This document shows, piece by piece, positions 43,393-53,227 of a stretch of DNA of 64,000 nucleotides; the stretch's first letter is position 1; the number at the start of each line of letters is the position of its first letter. The DNA comes from Polyangiaceae bacterium. Its GTDB lineage: Bacteria > Myxococcota_A > Polyangia > Polyangiales > Polyangiaceae. The notes beneath the pieces were generated by a model. The model was not told the DNA's origin. It worked only from the letters and a program-made list of their open reading frames with translations, and made no database searches. The translations under genes and the position numbers were made by a program. The stretch is from assembly GCA_965222375.1 (NCBI GenBank), contig CBDCTZ010000016.1, positions 192,001-256,000 on the forward strand, in the 5' to 3' direction.

Positions 43393-44583
43393 ATGCACGC
43401 GATTCCAGGGGGACTTCTTCTTGCAGCGGGCTGCGCCGCGCTCGCCTGCGCGCCGGCAGCGCCGCCACCCGCAGCGTCGCCTACCACCACCCCTGTGCCT
43501 GTGATCCGCGCTGAGCCCCCGCAGGCCACTCCGCCAGCACCAGCGCGCACGGCTGGCCCGAATCGCTGTCTGCCCAAGGGCCGCCTGGCGCTTCCAAAGC
43601 CCGTGGAGCTGCATTCTCCGGGTGCTTGTGTGGACCACCGCCGACAAGAAGCGCGGATCGCCCGGGACCTGAAAAAGGAATTCAAGCCGACCGCGAAGGG
43701 TAGCCGGGTCGAAGTGAGCTTCGGTTGCGATCCACTGACTTTCGATGTTCACCAGATCCATCTGGAGGTGGGCTACGGCCACGGAGGCCACCTCGCCCTA
43801 TGGCGCCTGCAGCGCGCAAAGGACGACGACAAGGAGTACCAGGTGCTAGGCATCGTGCACCGGCTCACGGGTGGCGGCTACGAGAAGTACACCTATGAAG
43901 TGGCGTCGCGCTTCGAAGCCAGGATCGGAACCGGAAGCGTGGACGCCAAAGTGGTGGACGCAGCGCTGCTCAAGGCTCGTCCCGCCATGACCGCGCGGAT
44001 TCGCGAACTGCAACCGCCGCCCAGCGGCGGTCTCAGCATGTCGTCGTTTACTAGCAGCGGCAATTTCCACCATGCGATCCAAATCCTGGACTCGATGCCC
44101 CACGTGCTAGAAGGCAGACATACGGGCTACCCGAGCAGTGGCGATCAGGCGCGCTACTTGGGACTGGTCCGGGCCATGGGCGATCTGCGGCCCTTGATCG
44201 ACAAGATCGAACCCCAGGTTGCCGAGCCTACGCCGGATCAGCGCAAGTACTTTGCTGAACGCTTCGTCGCGGCGTCCCCCCGCTTCGAGGACGAATACGC
44301 CTGGTGGGTCCGGGACCGCTACGTGAAGCTTGCCGGCAAGTTGGGCGGGCCGGAGCTAGTTCCTATCCTCTTGGACGTCCTGCGCGCGCGCCTTGCCGAG
44401 GTGCAAAAGGCCAAGCCCGAGGGCGGCGCGGATGGCCGCCTGGTCGACACCGTGAGCGCGCTAGCCGGCGTGACGGGCTGGGACGCGCGCTTCAACCCAG
44501 ATGGCTCGCCCCGCCCGCCCGAAAAGGTCGCTCGAGAGTACCTCGCCGAGTGCACCACGGCCCTGCACGCCAGCACTCGCTAG
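43393..44583 (+). CDS. Hypothetical lipoprotein
   Basis: MHAIPGG...ALAC signal, Pro-rich linker and strong coding bias. Confidence 0.7.
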   Translation: MHAIPGGLLLAAGCAALACAPAAPPPAASPTTTPVPVIRAEPPQATPPAPARTAGPNRCLPKGRLALPKPVELHSPGACVDHRRQEARIARDLKKEFKPTAKGSRVEVSFGCDPLTFDVHQIHLEVGYGHGGHLALWRLQRAKDDDKEYQVLGIVHRLTGGGYEKYTYEVASRFEARIGTGSVDAKVVDAALLKARPAMTARIRELQPPPSGGLSMSSFTSSGNFHHAIQILDSMPHVLEGRHTGYPSSGDQARYLGLVRAMGDLRPLIDKIEPQVAEPTPDQRKYFAERFVAASPRFEDEYAWWVRDRYVKLAGKLGGPELVPILLDVLRARLAEVQKAKPEGGADGRLVDTVSALAGVTGWDARFNPDGSPRPPEKVAREYLAECTTALHASTR

Positions 44584-44943
44584 CGCCTGCGTCGTTTGGT
44601 TTGGGGTCGAGCCCTGTGCCGGCCCTGGGCCACTACTCCCGCCCAGGGCCAAACCGCGCCTGGCCGAGGTACCGCGCGCGATTGTGAACGCGGAAGTGTC
44701 TTGGGCACTAATGCGCGACGGCAGTTGCATGTGCTCGAGCCTGCGTCGTTCCAGAAGACGTCCCAGCGCTTCCGCGTTCACCAGATTAGCTTGGCCAGCA
44801 GCGTTGGCAAACATCGCACAACGAAAAGGCTCGACCGGTCCAGAAGCTGGGAGTAGGTTTGAGATTGGTGTGCTGCTGACGGTTCACCAGCAGTCGGCTG
44901 GTTCGGAAGAAGCTCGTCGACTAGCTTGCAAGGGGAGGCCGGT

Positions 44944-46443
44944 GTGCATCGGATCACATTAGTGGCGTTGTTAGTGGTCGCGACCTCGTTCGGCGCCTGC
45001 AGTGGCAGTGATGGAGACGGAAGCGCCGGTGGCACGTCGTCTGGCGGAACGGCAGCTGGAGGCAGCTCTTCGGGCGGAAACTCTGGAGCTGGTCCAGATT
45101 GCGCGACCGGGTGCGACGACGGGTTGCCTTGCACGATCGACACCTGCGTGAAGGGTGTCTGTGGTCACGCCCCGGCGCCAAAGAGCTGCCCGTCTGGCGA
45201 GTATTGTGACAGGGGGAGGGGCTGTATTGCGAGCCCGCCCTGCGCGGACACCGGGCAGTGCCTGAATCTGTGGGGCTCGGATGCGTGCAAGACGAGCATC
45301 GCGTGCGATCCGGTCACCGCGACCTGCACCTTCGAAGCTCTAGACAAAGATGGTGATGGCAGCGCGCCGATCGTATGCGGCGGGGGAGATTGTGATGACA
45401 CCGATCCGCAGAGCAGTGTTGGCGCTGCCGAAGTCTGCAATGGCGAGGATGACGACTGCGACGACGAGGTAGACGAGGGTTGCGCATGCCCGAGCGGGCA
45501 AATCCTGTGCGCGGGGCTATGCGTCGATCCTGAGAAGGATTCGAAGAACTGTGGCTCGTGCAAGAAGGATTGTGGCATCGGCGCCTGCGAGGCCGGCACC
45601 TGCGGTCCGCGAGTGCTCGCGCCGGGGCCAGGGATGCGTGGGTTGGCTGTGGATGCAACCGGCGTCTACTTCGGACTCAACAACACGATCCGCAAGTGCT
45701 CGCTGACTGGTTGCAACGATCCACCAGACACTCTCGCGACGACCATCCTTGGCAACAGGCTCGCGGTCACCGCTGACTCCATCTACGTCGCCAGCGGCAT
45801 CGATCTGAGGAAGGTTCCGAAGCAAGGTGGCAAGTCTACCAAGATCGGAACCTATTCCTCTTTGATTGGCCCGACCACGAGCGGCGGTATCATCTGCTGG
45901 TCAAGTAGCGGCACAGTCTACTGTGGATCATCATCCAAGGTTGCTTCCGGAGGACTTGTCACTGACCTCGCAATGGATGGCCTGAACGTCTATTGGCTGG
46001 ACACCAACCCGGTCCTCGGCGGCGTGAAATGGTGCCAAACGTTTGGGTGCACGGTGCCACAAGTGTTGGCACCGGCCGGCGGCGGCCTTGGTTCAATCGC
46101 CGTACACTCGGGTGAGCTGTTCTGGGGTGTGGGGGGGGCTATCCGCAGCTGCTCGACGGGCGGTTGCCCCAGCGGGTCGACCGTGGTGCTGCCAGTCCAG
46201 ACAGGCGTGGTGAAAGCTCTCACCGCAGATGCGTCTCATGTCTACTTCATACTGGGTAGCCCTTCCGGGGGCGTCGGAGCGCTGATGCGCTGCCCGCGCA
46301 CCGGCTGTCCCAACGGGCCGACGATGCTGGCGGATGCTCAGCCCCACCCTGGATCTGTCGCGGTCTGGGAAGACGCGGTGTACTGGGTCACCGGCGTGGG
46401 CCTTGGCGCAAGCTCAGGTGGTCTGCTCGTCATGCCGAAGTGA
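44944..46443 (+). CDS. Cys-rich lipoprotein with a putative metal-binding (DxDGDG/DCDD) motif and a beta-propeller-like C-terminus
   Basis: FGAC lipobox, CDDG.PCT.D.C, DKDGDG...GDCDD...GA.EVCNG.DDDCD, D..NCG.C, and repeated LAVD...VYW blades. Confidence 0.8.
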   Translation: MHRITLVALLVVATSFGACSGSDGDGSAGGTSSGGTAAGGSSSGGNSGAGPDCATGCDDGLPCTIDTCVKGVCGHAPAPKSCPSGEYCDRGRGCIASPPCADTGQCLNLWGSDACKTSIACDPVTATCTFEALDKDGDGSAPIVCGGGDCDDTDPQSSVGAAEVCNGEDDDCDDEVDEGCACPSGQILCAGLCVDPEKDSKNCGSCKKDCGIGACEAGTCGPRVLAPGPGMRGLAVDATGVYFGLNNTIRKCSLTGCNDPPDTLATTILGNRLAVTADSIYVASGIDLRKVPKQGGKSTKIGTYSSLIGPTTSGGIICWSSSGTVYCGSSSKVASGGLVTDLAMDGLNVYWLDTNPVLGGVKWCQTFGCTVPQVLAPAGGGLGSIAVHSGELFWGVGGAIRSCSTGGCPSGSTVVLPVQTGVVKALTADASHVYFILGSPSGGVGALMRCPRTGCPNGPTMLADAQPHPGSVAVWEDAVYWVTGVGLGASSGGLLVMPK

Positions 46444-46524
46444 TGCACCAACGCGCTTCAGCGCCCACGATAGCGAAACGCCCGAGGCTTGGCCGCCGAA
46501 TGGCGTTCGTGGCAAGACGCTGAT

Positions 46525-47073
46525 GTGGCGGCGCGACGAAAACAGCGGACTTCCAAGAAGGCACTGGCCGATGAGACGCTCGAGAAGAACGCCTTGTCGT
46601 ATTTGAATCGCTTCGACAGCAGCGTGGCGAACCTCCGCAAGGTGCTGAAGCGACACATTCGTCGTCATGCGCGCGATGCCGATCCGGAGCTCGTCGAAAA
46701 GGCCGAGCTGTGTGCCGAAGGTATTATCGAGCGCTACCAGGGCTCGGGTTTGCTCGACGATCGTCGCTACGCGTCCACCATGGCCTGGTCCCTACGTGAG
46801 CGAGGTAGTTCGGCGCGGGCCATCGAACACAAGCTGGCAGCGCGGGGCGTCGAGGCCAGCGCCATCCGTGACGCCATCTCGGACGTCGACAAAGATTGCG
46901 ACGAAGACGCCGAGCTCGTCTCCGCGCGGCGCTTCGCCCGCCGCCGTCGCATCGGCCCGCATCGTGCGCCCGCCGAACGCAACGCAAAGCGCGAACGCGA
47001 CCTGGGGGCGCTTGCGCGTGCGGGCTTCAGCCTCGACGTAGCGCGTCGAGTGCTTGACGAAGAACTGACTTGA
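46525..47073 (+). CDS. recX: RecX-family regulator
   Basis: AL.YL.RF.SS...LR.VL, GLLDDRRYA, G.S.RAI..KL..RGV and L.RAGFS. Confidence 0.85.
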   Translation: MAARRKQRTSKKALADETLEKNALSYLNRFDSSVANLRKVLKRHIRRHARDADPELVEKAELCAEGIIERYQGSGLLDDRRYASTMAWSLRERGSSARAIEHKLAARGVEASAIRDAISDVDKDCDEDAELVSARRFARRRRIGPHRAPAERNAKRERDLGALARAGFSLDVARRVLDEELT

Positions 47074-47078
47074 CGGCC

Positions 47079-47192
47079 TTACTTGCCTGCGCGGACGCGC
47101 GCCCTGCGGCGGCGGTTCTTTGCCTTGCGCTTGGCCGTGTAGCGCGCGCAGCGCTTGCGGTTCCGCTTGGGCTTTCCGAGATTGAGAAACAT
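47079..47192 (-). CDS. Putative 37-aa highly basic small protein
   Basis: ATG at 47192 gives MFLNLGKPKRNRKRCARYTAKRKAKNRRRRARVRAGK*, filling the gap between recX and the next gene. Confidence 0.55.
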   Translation of the reverse strand: MFLNLGKPKRNRKRCARYTAKRKAKNRRRRARVRAGK

Positions 47193-47337
47193 AGGAGGCG
47201 CTGCGTAACGCGCCGCGCGGCGTCGCGCAAGCTCGAGCTTCGATCGCTGATAATCCGAGCAGCCCTCCGCAGCGCCGAATCGCACACCCGCTTCGCCCAG
47301 ACGAGCAGCGCCGCAGAGGCGCAGCCTGCGCCCTCGG

Positions 47338-48759
47338 CTATTCGCAGCGTCGGAAGGCCAGCCCCTCGACGCTTGGGCCGCCGCCAGGAACGCAGTTAGA
47401 GCCGGTCGGGCAGAGCCCGTCCTTGCTGCAATCCCGGGAACATTTGCTCTGGGTTCGGTTGCAGTAGCCGAAAAAGCAGTCTGCATCTCGAGTGCATGCG
47501 CCGCCCACCTTGCCAGAGCCAAAGCCAGGCAAACAGAGCCCAATCCGGCTATTCGCCCCAATCGAGCCCACTGCAGTGCACTGGAAACCGAAGGGGCAGC
47601 CCCCGGCGTAGCGACACGAGTCCACGCAGGCGTCGCCAGGTAGGCCGTCCGTGGTGACCGTGGCGGAGCAGTTGACCGCCGGCGGACCTGGAATGGTGAA
47701 GGCGTTGAAATCGATGTGCTGGCCATCACCGCAGACGTTGACGACCTGGTTTAGGCCATTGCAGGCCCACTGGGACGGGGCCGAACCGCCCTCTAGAGGG
47801 CCGTAGATAGCAGTGGGACCGCTGGAGGGGCGCCGACACAGCCCGTCACAGGTCCAAGGGCTCATGCCCAGGGCCCGCTGAGGACAGTCCGCTGCCGTGC
47901 TGCAGGCCAAGGTGCAGCTGCCGACCACCAGGTTCGGGGAGAGATCGCAGGCTGCTGGCACGACGCAGGCCGAGTTGTTGACGCCGTCGCACGCGGCTGC
48001 CGCTTTGACGCAGACGCGGTTGTTGCTGACCGGCATGCAGCCCCAGCCGTTTGGACAGTCCGCTGCGGTCGTGCAGTTCCCCGTGCAGTACTTCGGCGCT
48101 GTCAGGCAAGCGAAGTTGCAGTTCGAGCCTGTGCTGCAGGTCTTGCCGATGTCCGACGGCACGCAGTGTTTGCTTCCAGCAATGTCTTCACACCGAGTTC
48201 CGGTCGGGCACAGCGCGCTCGCGCCGACCGCGAGGCAAGTTGGAGTGCAGCGTGCGGGCCCGCCAAAGGGCTTGCACACCAAGCCCTGCGCGCACTCAGA
48301 GGGGTTGTTGCACAGGTCCAGTACGTTCTTGGTGCCCGCGCCGCCGGTGCCCCCGGTGCCGGAAGTTCCGCCGGTGCCCGGTGTTCCGCCGGTGCCTGAG
48401 CTGGCGCCGGTTCCGGGGATGCCACCGGTCGCCGGAATGCCGCCCGTGCCCCCAGTCGTGCCGCCGAAGCCACCAAACCCACCCAAGCTCGCATCCCCGC
48501 TGGAGCCGCCGATCCCAGAGTCCGACCCGCCCTCGATGGTTCCCCCGTCCGGAGGATCACAGCGGCCCACCTCGCGGTTGCATACCAGCCCGATGGGGCA
48601 GTCCAGGTCGAGCTTGCATTGCGCTACACACTCTCCAGAAATGCACTGAGCGAAGGCGCAATCGCTGTTGCGCTCACACTCGGTTCCGGCGCAGCTGCCC
48701 GCGCCCAGCAGGGGCATCAGGCTGAGCGCAACCAGGGCAAGCAGCTGACGAACGCGCAT
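47338..48759 (-). CDS. Secreted Cys-rich repeat protein
   Basis: Signal peptide, Gly/Thr linker, and many C..xxDC repeats. Confidence 0.8.
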   Translation of the reverse strand: MRVRQLLALVALSLMPLLGAGSCAGTECERNSDCAFAQCISGECVAQCKLDLDCPIGLVCNREVGRCDPPDGGTIEGGSDSGIGGSSGDASLGGFGGFGGTTGGTGGIPATGGIPGTGASSGTGGTPGTGGTSGTGGTGGAGTKNVLDLCNNPSECAQGLVCKPFGGPARCTPTCLAVGASALCPTGTRCEDIAGSKHCVPSDIGKTCSTGSNCNFACLTAPKYCTGNCTTAADCPNGWGCMPVSNNRVCVKAAAACDGVNNSACVVPAACDLSPNLVVGSCTLACSTAADCPQRALGMSPWTCDGLCRRPSSGPTAIYGPLEGGSAPSQWACNGLNQVVNVCGDGQHIDFNAFTIPGPPAVNCSATVTTDGLPGDACVDSCRYAGGCPFGFQCTAVGSIGANSRIGLCLPGFGSGKVGGACTRDADCFFGYCNRTQSKCSRDCSKDGLCPTGSNCVPGGGPSVEGLAFRRCE

Positions 48760-48797
48760 CGCCCTTGGAGAATAGCACTGTGGCCCGGCGAGACCGC

Positions 48798-49112
48798 CTA
48801 AAGCTTTCCGTGCTGGGTCAGAAGCTTCTGAATCAGCTTTTCGGAATAGCTGGATAGCTTCAAGAACACCACGCCCATGCCAGGAGGATTCGACTCGACC
48901 CGAACGACCTCACCAACGCCTTCGATAGTCTCGATGTCATTCATGATCACCGAAAACCGAAGGTTGACCTCCGTTCCGATGGGCAGTGGATTGTCGGTTT
49001 TGATGAACGCGCCCGTCCGGGAGATGTTTGTCACATACTCCTGAATGAACTGGTCAAAGGAGTCGAACTCCTTGTTGATCGTAACGCGTTCGTGTTGGCG
49101 ATCCGTCTTCAT
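48798..49112 (-). CDS. PilZ-domain protein (myxobacterial type)
   Basis: RQHER (RxxxR), NISRTGAFI and GMGVVF. Confidence 0.88.
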   Translation of the reverse strand: MKTDRQHERVTINKEFDSFDQFIQEYVTNISRTGAFIKTDNPLPIGTEVNLRFSVIMNDIETIEGVGEVVRVESNPPGMGVVFLKLSSYSEKLIQKLLTQHGKL

Positions 49113-49113
49113 C

Positions 49114-51522
49114 TCACGTCCCCTGCAAGTCGAATTGTTCGATGTGGTATTCGGTCCGGGGCACCAGCTCGATGCGCCGCATGTAGCGGCGCTCCGCTTC
49201 CTGGACTGCTTCCTTCTCTTCGGTCTGCAGAATGTCGATGATCGCCGGGTGCGCGTTCACCGTCACGTTGTAGCCCGGCAAGGACGCGCGTTCCCGACGG
49301 ATCTGACGGAGGATTTCGTAGGCGATGGTCTGGCGGGATTGAATCTGCCCCGTGCCATCACAGTAGAAGCAGGGCTCATTCATCGTGCGACTCAAGCTCT
49401 CGCGAGTCCGCTTGCGCGTCATCTCGAGCAGGCCCAGCTCGCTGATTCTGTTGATTGTCGTCTTGGCCTTGTCCTTCGCCAAGCGTTGTTCCAGCGCCCG
49501 GTACACCTTGTCGCGGTTCGACGCGACTTCCATGTCGATCAGATCCAAAATCACGAGCCCGCCTATGTTCCGGAAGCGCAGCTGGTAGGCAATCTCCTCG
49601 ACAGCCTCCAGATTCGTCTTCATCGCGGTCTCTTCGAGATCTTTGCTGCCCTTGCCGATGAAGCGCCCAGTGTTGACGTCGATGGCCGCGAGGGCTTCGG
49701 CCTGGTCGATCACCAGGTAGCCACCACTGGGTAGGGGAACTTTGCGGCTCAGGGCTCGGCCGATTTCGTCCTCGATGCCGTAGGCATCGAAGATTGGCTC
49801 CTGCCCTTGGTACAGGTGGATGTCCTTGACGCGCGCGGGCAAGAACATCTCCACGAAGCGAACGAGTCGCGTGTACTGGTCCTTGTCGTCGACGACGATG
49901 GTCTCGATCTCATCCGTGAACAAATCGCGAGCCGTCTTCAGCACAATGTCCAGTTCGGCGTACAAAACGGCTGGGGATTTGCCAGCTTCCTTCTTCTTGT
50001 TGGCAATGTCCGCCCACAGCTTCATCAGGTAGCCAACGTCCGCTTTCAACTGCTTCTTGGTCAGACCTTCGGCCACCGTGCGCACGATGAGGCCACCCAT
50101 TGCAGGCTTCAGCGAGTCGATCACATCACGCAGCCGGGAGCGCTCGCGGCCGCCACCAATGCGCTTCGAGATCCCGACATGCTCCACTGTTGGCAGATAG
50201 ACCGCGTAGCGCCCGGGCAGGGATACGTGACTGGAGACCCGAGCGCCCTTGGTGCCGATGGGCTCCTTCGTGATCTGCACGACGACTTCGTCGCCTTCCT
50301 TCACCACTTCCGTGATGGGTACGGAACGCGAGACCCGCGACGTGGCTTTCTTCTTGCCGCGTCGATCATTGCCGCGTCGATCGCCACCGCGCCCAGAACG
50401 CCCCGAGCGGCCCGAGCGGCCACCTCGCGTGGAGGCGCCGTTGCCTCGCGAAGACGAGCCGTTGCCCCGACCCGACGCTTCGGCCCTTCGCTCCCCAGAG
50501 CCACCTTCAGCGCTCCGCCCTCCGCGTCGCCGCCGTCCGCGCCGTCGCCGACCCCGGCTGTCGTCACTAACGCGCTTAGAGCGCCCTGCGTCCTCGTCTC
50601 CTGCGGCTTCCGAGGCCTCAGTCGGGGCTGCATTGGCTTCGTCACCTGCCACCGTCTCATCCGCCCACGCGCCTTCCGGCGGGGCGTCCTTTTCGCCGTC
50701 GCCGTCGTTCGCTTCGACCCCGGAGGCTTCCGCTTCCGGCGCGTCGGCCACAGAGGAGCTCGCCGCGGGATCAGATGCTTCGGGCGCCGCCTGGACTTCT
50801 GACGTCAGTACAGACGACGCGGCGACGGACGACGCGGCGACGTCTTCACCATCTTCGCCAGATTCGTCCTCGCTGGCATCGTCTTCAGTGCCGTCGCGGT
50901 CGCCTGATTCCCCTTCGGCGTCGCTGTCGTCCGCCTCGTCGCCGTTGTCCGCGTCCTCGGCGCCTTCGGCATCCGAATCGGTGCTGTCCTCCACCACGTC
51001 GTTGCCGCTTTCGTCCTCGTCATCATCAGCATCCGAATCGGCGTTGTCGTCCGCTGCGTCGTCGTCGCCGTCTTCGTCGTCCTCATCCTCCGCGTCCGAA
51101 TCGGCGGCCTCGTCGTCGTCCTCGGCGTCGTCATCATTTTCGGAGTCGGTCGAGTCGTCGTCGTCGTCGACGTCTTCTTCGTCCAACAACCCCGGCCGCG
51201 GCAGCTGCTTTCGTCGCCCTCCCGCGCCACGCCCGCTCGGTTCGTCGTCGTCCCCCCGGGGATTGCCCGACAGGTACGCTTCGAAGTCGGCGGGTTTGAT
51301 CAGATCCTCGACGTGCAGGAACGCAGCGCGCTCCATGCCAACGTCGATGAAGGCCGCTTGCATGCCCGGGAGGACCCGGCTCACGCGCCCCAGAACGATG
51401 TTACCGACTGTGGATCGCGAGGCCGCTCGCTCGATGTGCAGTTCGGCAATGACGCCGTCTTCGATCAAAGCAACTCGGGTTTCACGCGTATCACAATTGA
51501 TGACGAGAGTATTTCTAGCCAT
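49114..51522 (-). CDS. rng: Rne/Rng family ribonuclease with a large acidic/Arg-rich insertion in the S1 domain
   Basis: GNI..G.V.RVLPGMQAAFIDVG, VQITKEPIGTKGAR, L.SGGYLVID..EAL..IDVNTG, LRFRNIGG....D.IDM and CFYCDG. Confidence 0.92.
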   Translation of the reverse strand: MARNTLVINCDTRETRVALIEDGVIAELHIERAASRSTVGNIVLGRVSRVLPGMQAAFIDVGMERAAFLHVEDLIKPADFEAYLSGNPRGDDDEPSGRGAGGRRKQLPRPGLLDEEDVDDDDDSTDSENDDDAEDDDEAADSDAEDEDDEDGDDDAADDNADSDADDDEDESGNDVVEDSTDSDAEGAEDADNGDEADDSDAEGESGDRDGTEDDASEDESGEDGEDVAASSVAASSVLTSEVQAAPEASDPAASSSVADAPEAEASGVEANDGDGEKDAPPEGAWADETVAGDEANAAPTEASEAAGDEDAGRSKRVSDDSRGRRRRGRRRRGGRSAEGGSGERRAEASGRGNGSSSRGNGASTRGGRSGRSGRSGRGGDRRGNDRRGKKKATSRVSRSVPITEVVKEGDEVVVQITKEPIGTKGARVSSHVSLPGRYAVYLPTVEHVGISKRIGGGRERSRLRDVIDSLKPAMGGLIVRTVAEGLTKKQLKADVGYLMKLWADIANKKKEAGKSPAVLYAELDIVLKTARDLFTDEIETIVVDDKDQYTRLVRFVEMFLPARVKDIHLYQGQEPIFDAYGIEDEIGRALSRKVPLPSGGYLVIDQAEALAAIDVNTGRFIGKGSKDLEETAMKTNLEAVEEIAYQLRFRNIGGLVILDLIDMEVASNRDKVYRALEQRLAKDKAKTTINRISELGLLEMTRKRTRESLSRTMNEPCFYCDGTGQIQSRQTIAYEILRQIRRERASLPGYNVTVNAHPAIIDILQTEEKEAVQEAERRYMRRIELVPRTEYHIEQFDLQGT

Positions 51523-51760
51523 TTATGAAGAAAAGGATGGGTCGCGGGCAGTCGTGCACGCGCCTACGAGAAAAACTGCGAGTCGGGCCCGACCACCGAG
51601 CGCGGACTCTAATTGCAGGTCACCATGAGACCCCTAGTGGTGTCAAGTGGTTAAGAATATTGAGATTTCACCGGCTTACCGAGCGGGAGCCGACCCGATA
51701 CGCCGCCGGGCAGCTGCTAGCCTCGGGTTTCGCTCCCTCGCGACCCACGGAAGACTCAAC

Positions 51761-52495
51761 ATGGCCCGCCAATTCCTCGTCCTCGATATCGAGACCATCC
51801 TGGACGCCGAGCTACCCATTGCCGAGGCGGCCGAGACCCAGCGTCTGCCCGCACCGCCCCATCACCGGGTCGTCGCCATCGGCTGTCTGCTCTTCGACGA
51901 GAGCTACAAGGTGCAGCGCCTCGGAGTCATCGGAGAGACCGACGACGAAGCCACGATGCTCGTCGAGTTTGCGCGCTATCTCGACCGCCACCGTCCGGAT
52001 CTGGTGACCTTCAACGGTCGAGGCTTCGACCTGCCTGTCATCGCCGCGCGCTGCCTGCGCCACGGCGTGTCGCTCCGCTATTACTACCGCTCTCGAGACG
52101 TTCGCTACCGCTTCACGCCGGATGGCCACCTCGATCTCATGGACTACATGGCGGACTTCGGCGCCGCCAAGCCCTGCAAGCTGGACATCTTGGCCAAACT
52201 CTGCGGTATGCCAGGCAAGGTCGGCATCGACGGCAAGGACGTCGGCCCCCTCGTACACGCTGGCCGCCTTGACGAAGTCCGAAACTACTGCTTGTGCGAC
52301 GTGGCGCAGACCGCCGGGGTTTTTCTGCGGGTGCAGCTGCTGCGCGGCGAGCTGGACGGTGAGGCCTACCGAGCGGCCATGGGCGGCCTGGTCGAGTTCA
52401 TCCGCGGCGAGCCAAAACTCGCCCCCGTCGCCGAAGCCATGAACGAAGAGCGGCTTATGTCGGTAGCGCCTGGACAGTTCGACCCCCGGCACTGA
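51761..52495 (+). CDS. Predicted 3'-5' exonuclease (PolB-exonuclease-like, DEDD)
   Basis: LVLDIET, LVTFNGRGFDLPV, HLDLMD, GMPGK and YCLCDV. Confidence 0.88.
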   Translation: MARQFLVLDIETILDAELPIAEAAETQRLPAPPHHRVVAIGCLLFDESYKVQRLGVIGETDDEATMLVEFARYLDRHRPDLVTFNGRGFDLPVIAARCLRHGVSLRYYYRSRDVRYRFTPDGHLDLMDYMADFGAAKPCKLDILAKLCGMPGKVGIDGKDVGPLVHAGRLDEVRNYCLCDVAQTAGVFLRVQLLRGELDGEAYRAAMGGLVEFIRGEPKLAPVAEAMNEERLMSVAPGQFDPRH

Positions 52496-52554
52496 GCGGA
52501 AACGCCGAGCGCCTGATGCCCGTGGCACCTGGACAGTTCTGAGCTCGGCACTAG
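52442..52554 (+). repeat. Tandem duplication (54 bp, period 59) of the exonuclease gene 3' end
   Basis: 52442-52495 encodes NEERLMSVAPGQFDPRH*, and 52501-52554 encodes NAERLMPVAPGQF*ARH*. Confidence 0.9.
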
Positions 52555-52565
52555 ATGGAGGCGTC

Positions 52566-52898
52566 ATGAACGAACTTTGCACCAAGAGCTGCGTCCCCTG
52601 CGAGGGTGGCATCCTTGCGCTGACCCTCGACGACGCGAAGAAGCTGCAGACACAGGTCCCCCGGTGGCAGCTCTCCGACGACGCAAAGAGCATCCGCCGG
52701 GTGTACAACTTCAAGGACTTCCACCACACCATGGCCTTCGTCAACGCCGTTGCCTGGGTCGCACACCGCGAAGACCACCACCCCGACCTGCTCGTGACCT
52801 GGGGCAAGTGCGAAGTCCGCTATTGGACCCACGCTATCGACGGGCTCTCCGAAAACGACTTCATCTGCGCCGCCAAGGTCGACCAACTCCTGGCCTGA
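52566..52898 (+). CDS. phhB: Pterin-4a-carbinolamine dehydratase
   Basis: C.PCEGG, F.DF....AFVN, EDHHPD and THAIDGLSENDFICAAK. Confidence 0.95.
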   Translation: MNELCTKSCVPCEGGILALTLDDAKKLQTQVPRWQLSDDAKSIRRVYNFKDFHHTMAFVNAVAWVAHREDHHPDLLVTWGKCEVRYWTHAIDGLSENDFICAAKVDQLLA

Positions 52899-53009
52899 GC
52901 ATCTGCACGCGGAAGACCCGCATTGCCGTGGGATCCGTTGGTTAATTTGGGGTCGCATCCCTGTCGCACTCTGGTGCCCTACTCTCGCTCCGCCGCAACC
53001 CGGGCCAGT

Positions 53010-53067
53010 CCCGGGTCACACCCAGAGCGCGTTCGGTCAGCCCCGGGTCACACCCGGAGCGCGTTCG
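53010..53067. repeat. Two 26-bp direct repeats (1 mismatch, period 32) in an intergenic region
   Basis: cccgggtcacacccagagcgcgttcg and cccgggtcacacccggagcgcgttcg. Confidence 0.85.
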
Positions 53068-53227
53068 TGCGTCGTGCCCGCCATCGGGCGCACTCGGCAT
53101 GCTGGTCCACGCTGCGTGACCTCGCTGCCACCCGGCCGGCGGTTCGGCGCTCAGCGCAGATTAGTGAGGCTTCGTGGCGCGGCCAGTGGCTTCCATCTAC
53201 GCTGAGAAAGCCCCCGGAAAGACTCAA

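Noticed and set aside
44584..44925. Possible small gene or pseudogene in the 340-bp gap
   Set aside because: No frame gave a convincing start, codon bias or motif.
53010..53067. Possible mini-CRISPR array (also considered for 20258-20378)
   Set aside because: There are only 2-3 units, spacers are absent or about 6 bp, and no cas genes are present. The tlyA repeats derive from coding sequence.
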